This document shows, piece by piece, positions 62,150 to 64,000 of a stretch of 64,000 nucleotides of DNA. Where the stretch lies: the NCBI RefSeq assembly GCF_026210795.1, contig NC_089431.1, positions 62,001 to 126,000 of the forward strand. Reading direction: 5' to 3'. Below the pieces are notes generated by a model. That model had not been told where the DNA came from and made no database searches. It worked only from the letters and a program-made list of their open reading frames with translations. A program made the position numbers and the translations under genes. The first letter of the stretch is position 1. Each line of letters opens with the position of its first letter. This stretch comes from Rhizophagus irregularis. Lineage: Eukaryota.

Positions 62150-64000
62150 TACATAGTGTATTTAAACGGAGAAATAAAAAACCAAATAAGAGCAAACTCC
62201 AATAATCAAATGAGATAGTAAAAAAAAGAATACAAAATAACATATTATAAATCAACACATTGACACATATTAAATAAATATTTTTTTTTTTTAATATAAA
62301 AGTATTTTTTATAAATTAGGTGATTTGATAAGATACAGGACGTTTAGTTAGCCATTCACGTTTTTCAATTGAATCTGATAATCCCTTTCTCTAATCAGTA
62401 CTCGAATAGAAACTAATATCAGATTTATTCCAAGAAGCTTTAGCGGCTATGGATAAGTTGTAGAAGTAGTTACTATAATAATAGAATTTGCATCAGATGT
62501 AGTTGATAGCGTGCACTATCTTATTAAAGACGTAAAAAATATTTCCATTATCTAAAAAAAGACCGTTAATCGATATTGTTGTTATGGGTGAGTAAGTTGT
62601 AAAAAAAAAGGATGTATGATAAACAACTTGCTTTTATATTGTTATTGTAATAATTATATTGTTACTGGTAAATGATTGCGGAATATCTGTATGTGAATGA
62701 TTAATATAACTAAGTAAATTTTTCGTTAAAAATAATTTAAAAAATGTTTTTTTTCTTTTAAGCGACACTAAAAATCAACGTGTATTTACTTACATAAATT
62801 GCAGAATGTCTTAAAGTAGAAACTGTCCAAAGTACTTTTTATTTCTTTAATATAATTCCATATAATAAGAAAAATTATGGATCGGGACTTACCAAAAAGA
62901 TACAATTTGAATTATATATTTTATGACTTATCTAAATAATCAATATCTCCATAACGCCCTGACATCAATGTGAATGAAAATAATAAATACTATTATTTGT
63001 TATATCGTTCTTCGTTGCTGCGCTTATACCGTATAAACTTAAAAAAAGAGGTTAAAAACTGAAAGAATTATTTTTTCGCCTTTTAATTTTAATCAATATA
63101 TGACAATAGCCAATTGGTTTATTCTGTTTAAATCCTGACCGAATGATTGATTGAAAGAAAATTACTTTTTGAAATTTTTTGTTCAAAAACAGTGTATTAC
63201 AAAGGGGATCGTTTTAATCTATATAAATCCTATAATATAAAATCTTATCGTTATCATTATATTAAACTAAAATATAATACGGTAATATTCAATGTAGTGA
63301 AATTTTTTTTTCGTCATACTCGCTAAAATTTAAGAATTATTTATTTCTAATAATGATGATATTATATATTATTTGTCAGACTTTTCGTTTCTCGGGATAT
63401 CGCAGATCAAAGAATATCCGCTTCTAAAGGATAAAATTTTCTTTAGGGGAATAATTTATTTCTTTATATAGTAAATTACTATATAATGAATTAGTTCAAA
63501 ATTTGAAAAATTCGAATATTGAGAAATAAAAAAATAGATGTGAGAGAAACATGATCACTTTGAATTTGTTTCAATAATTTCGCTTGATAGAGTATCATGT
63601 GATTGCAATTAAGATTAACTAGTTAACTTTCTTTTAGGAAAAGTTAGAATCATATTTTACCCGTTTTTTTCAAAGGATTATAAGGAATCCGAAAAATTTT
63701 TTTCTTTAAAAAAAATGTTTCATCAAATGCTAAATTATTTACTCGATAAATTGTAATTTGTAATATTTGCACAAATTATTGACGAATACTAAAATCAATT
63801 AATATTGTATTTTTCAGAAGGCAACAATTTTACTAATTAGTGATAAGATCTTAAAAATTATTATAGGCGAAATTTTCATTATATATTTCATTTATTTGTA
63901 AAGAGCAAAAGATACATAATGAAGTGGATATTTATTTATTTATCAAATTTGTAAAAAACATATTATTATACGTAATTTTACTACTTTAACTAATTTTTAT

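Overview
Very AT-rich eukaryotic DNA with spliceosomal introns. The gene content (expanded tyrosine-kinase-like family, F-box/LRR protein, Crinkler N-terminal domain, many DNA-transposon relics) suggests an arbuscular mycorrhizal fungus of the Rhizophagus type; this is an inference, not a search result. Bases 1-27000 are an almost gene-free nest of DNA transposons (pogo/Tigger, Mutator, hAT and CACTA-like elements), many with readable TIRs and target-site duplications and nested several levels deep. Bases 27000-64000 hold five intact genes (a pseudokinase, a putatively myristoylated coiled-coil protein, a secreted subtilisin, an F-box/LRR protein and an NmrA-like reductase), plus kinase and Crinkler pseudogenes and MITEs. 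The most unusual signal is arrays of 25-52 nt micro-exons separated by ~75-100 nt introns. In these introns both the 5' splice site and the CTAAC branch point sit in hairpins whose sequence varies while pairing is kept. One array (15255-18282) is the cargo of a 4.2-kb TIR/TA-TSD transposon and another (about 960-4200) lies on the minus strand. All coordinates were read by eye and may be off by a few bases.
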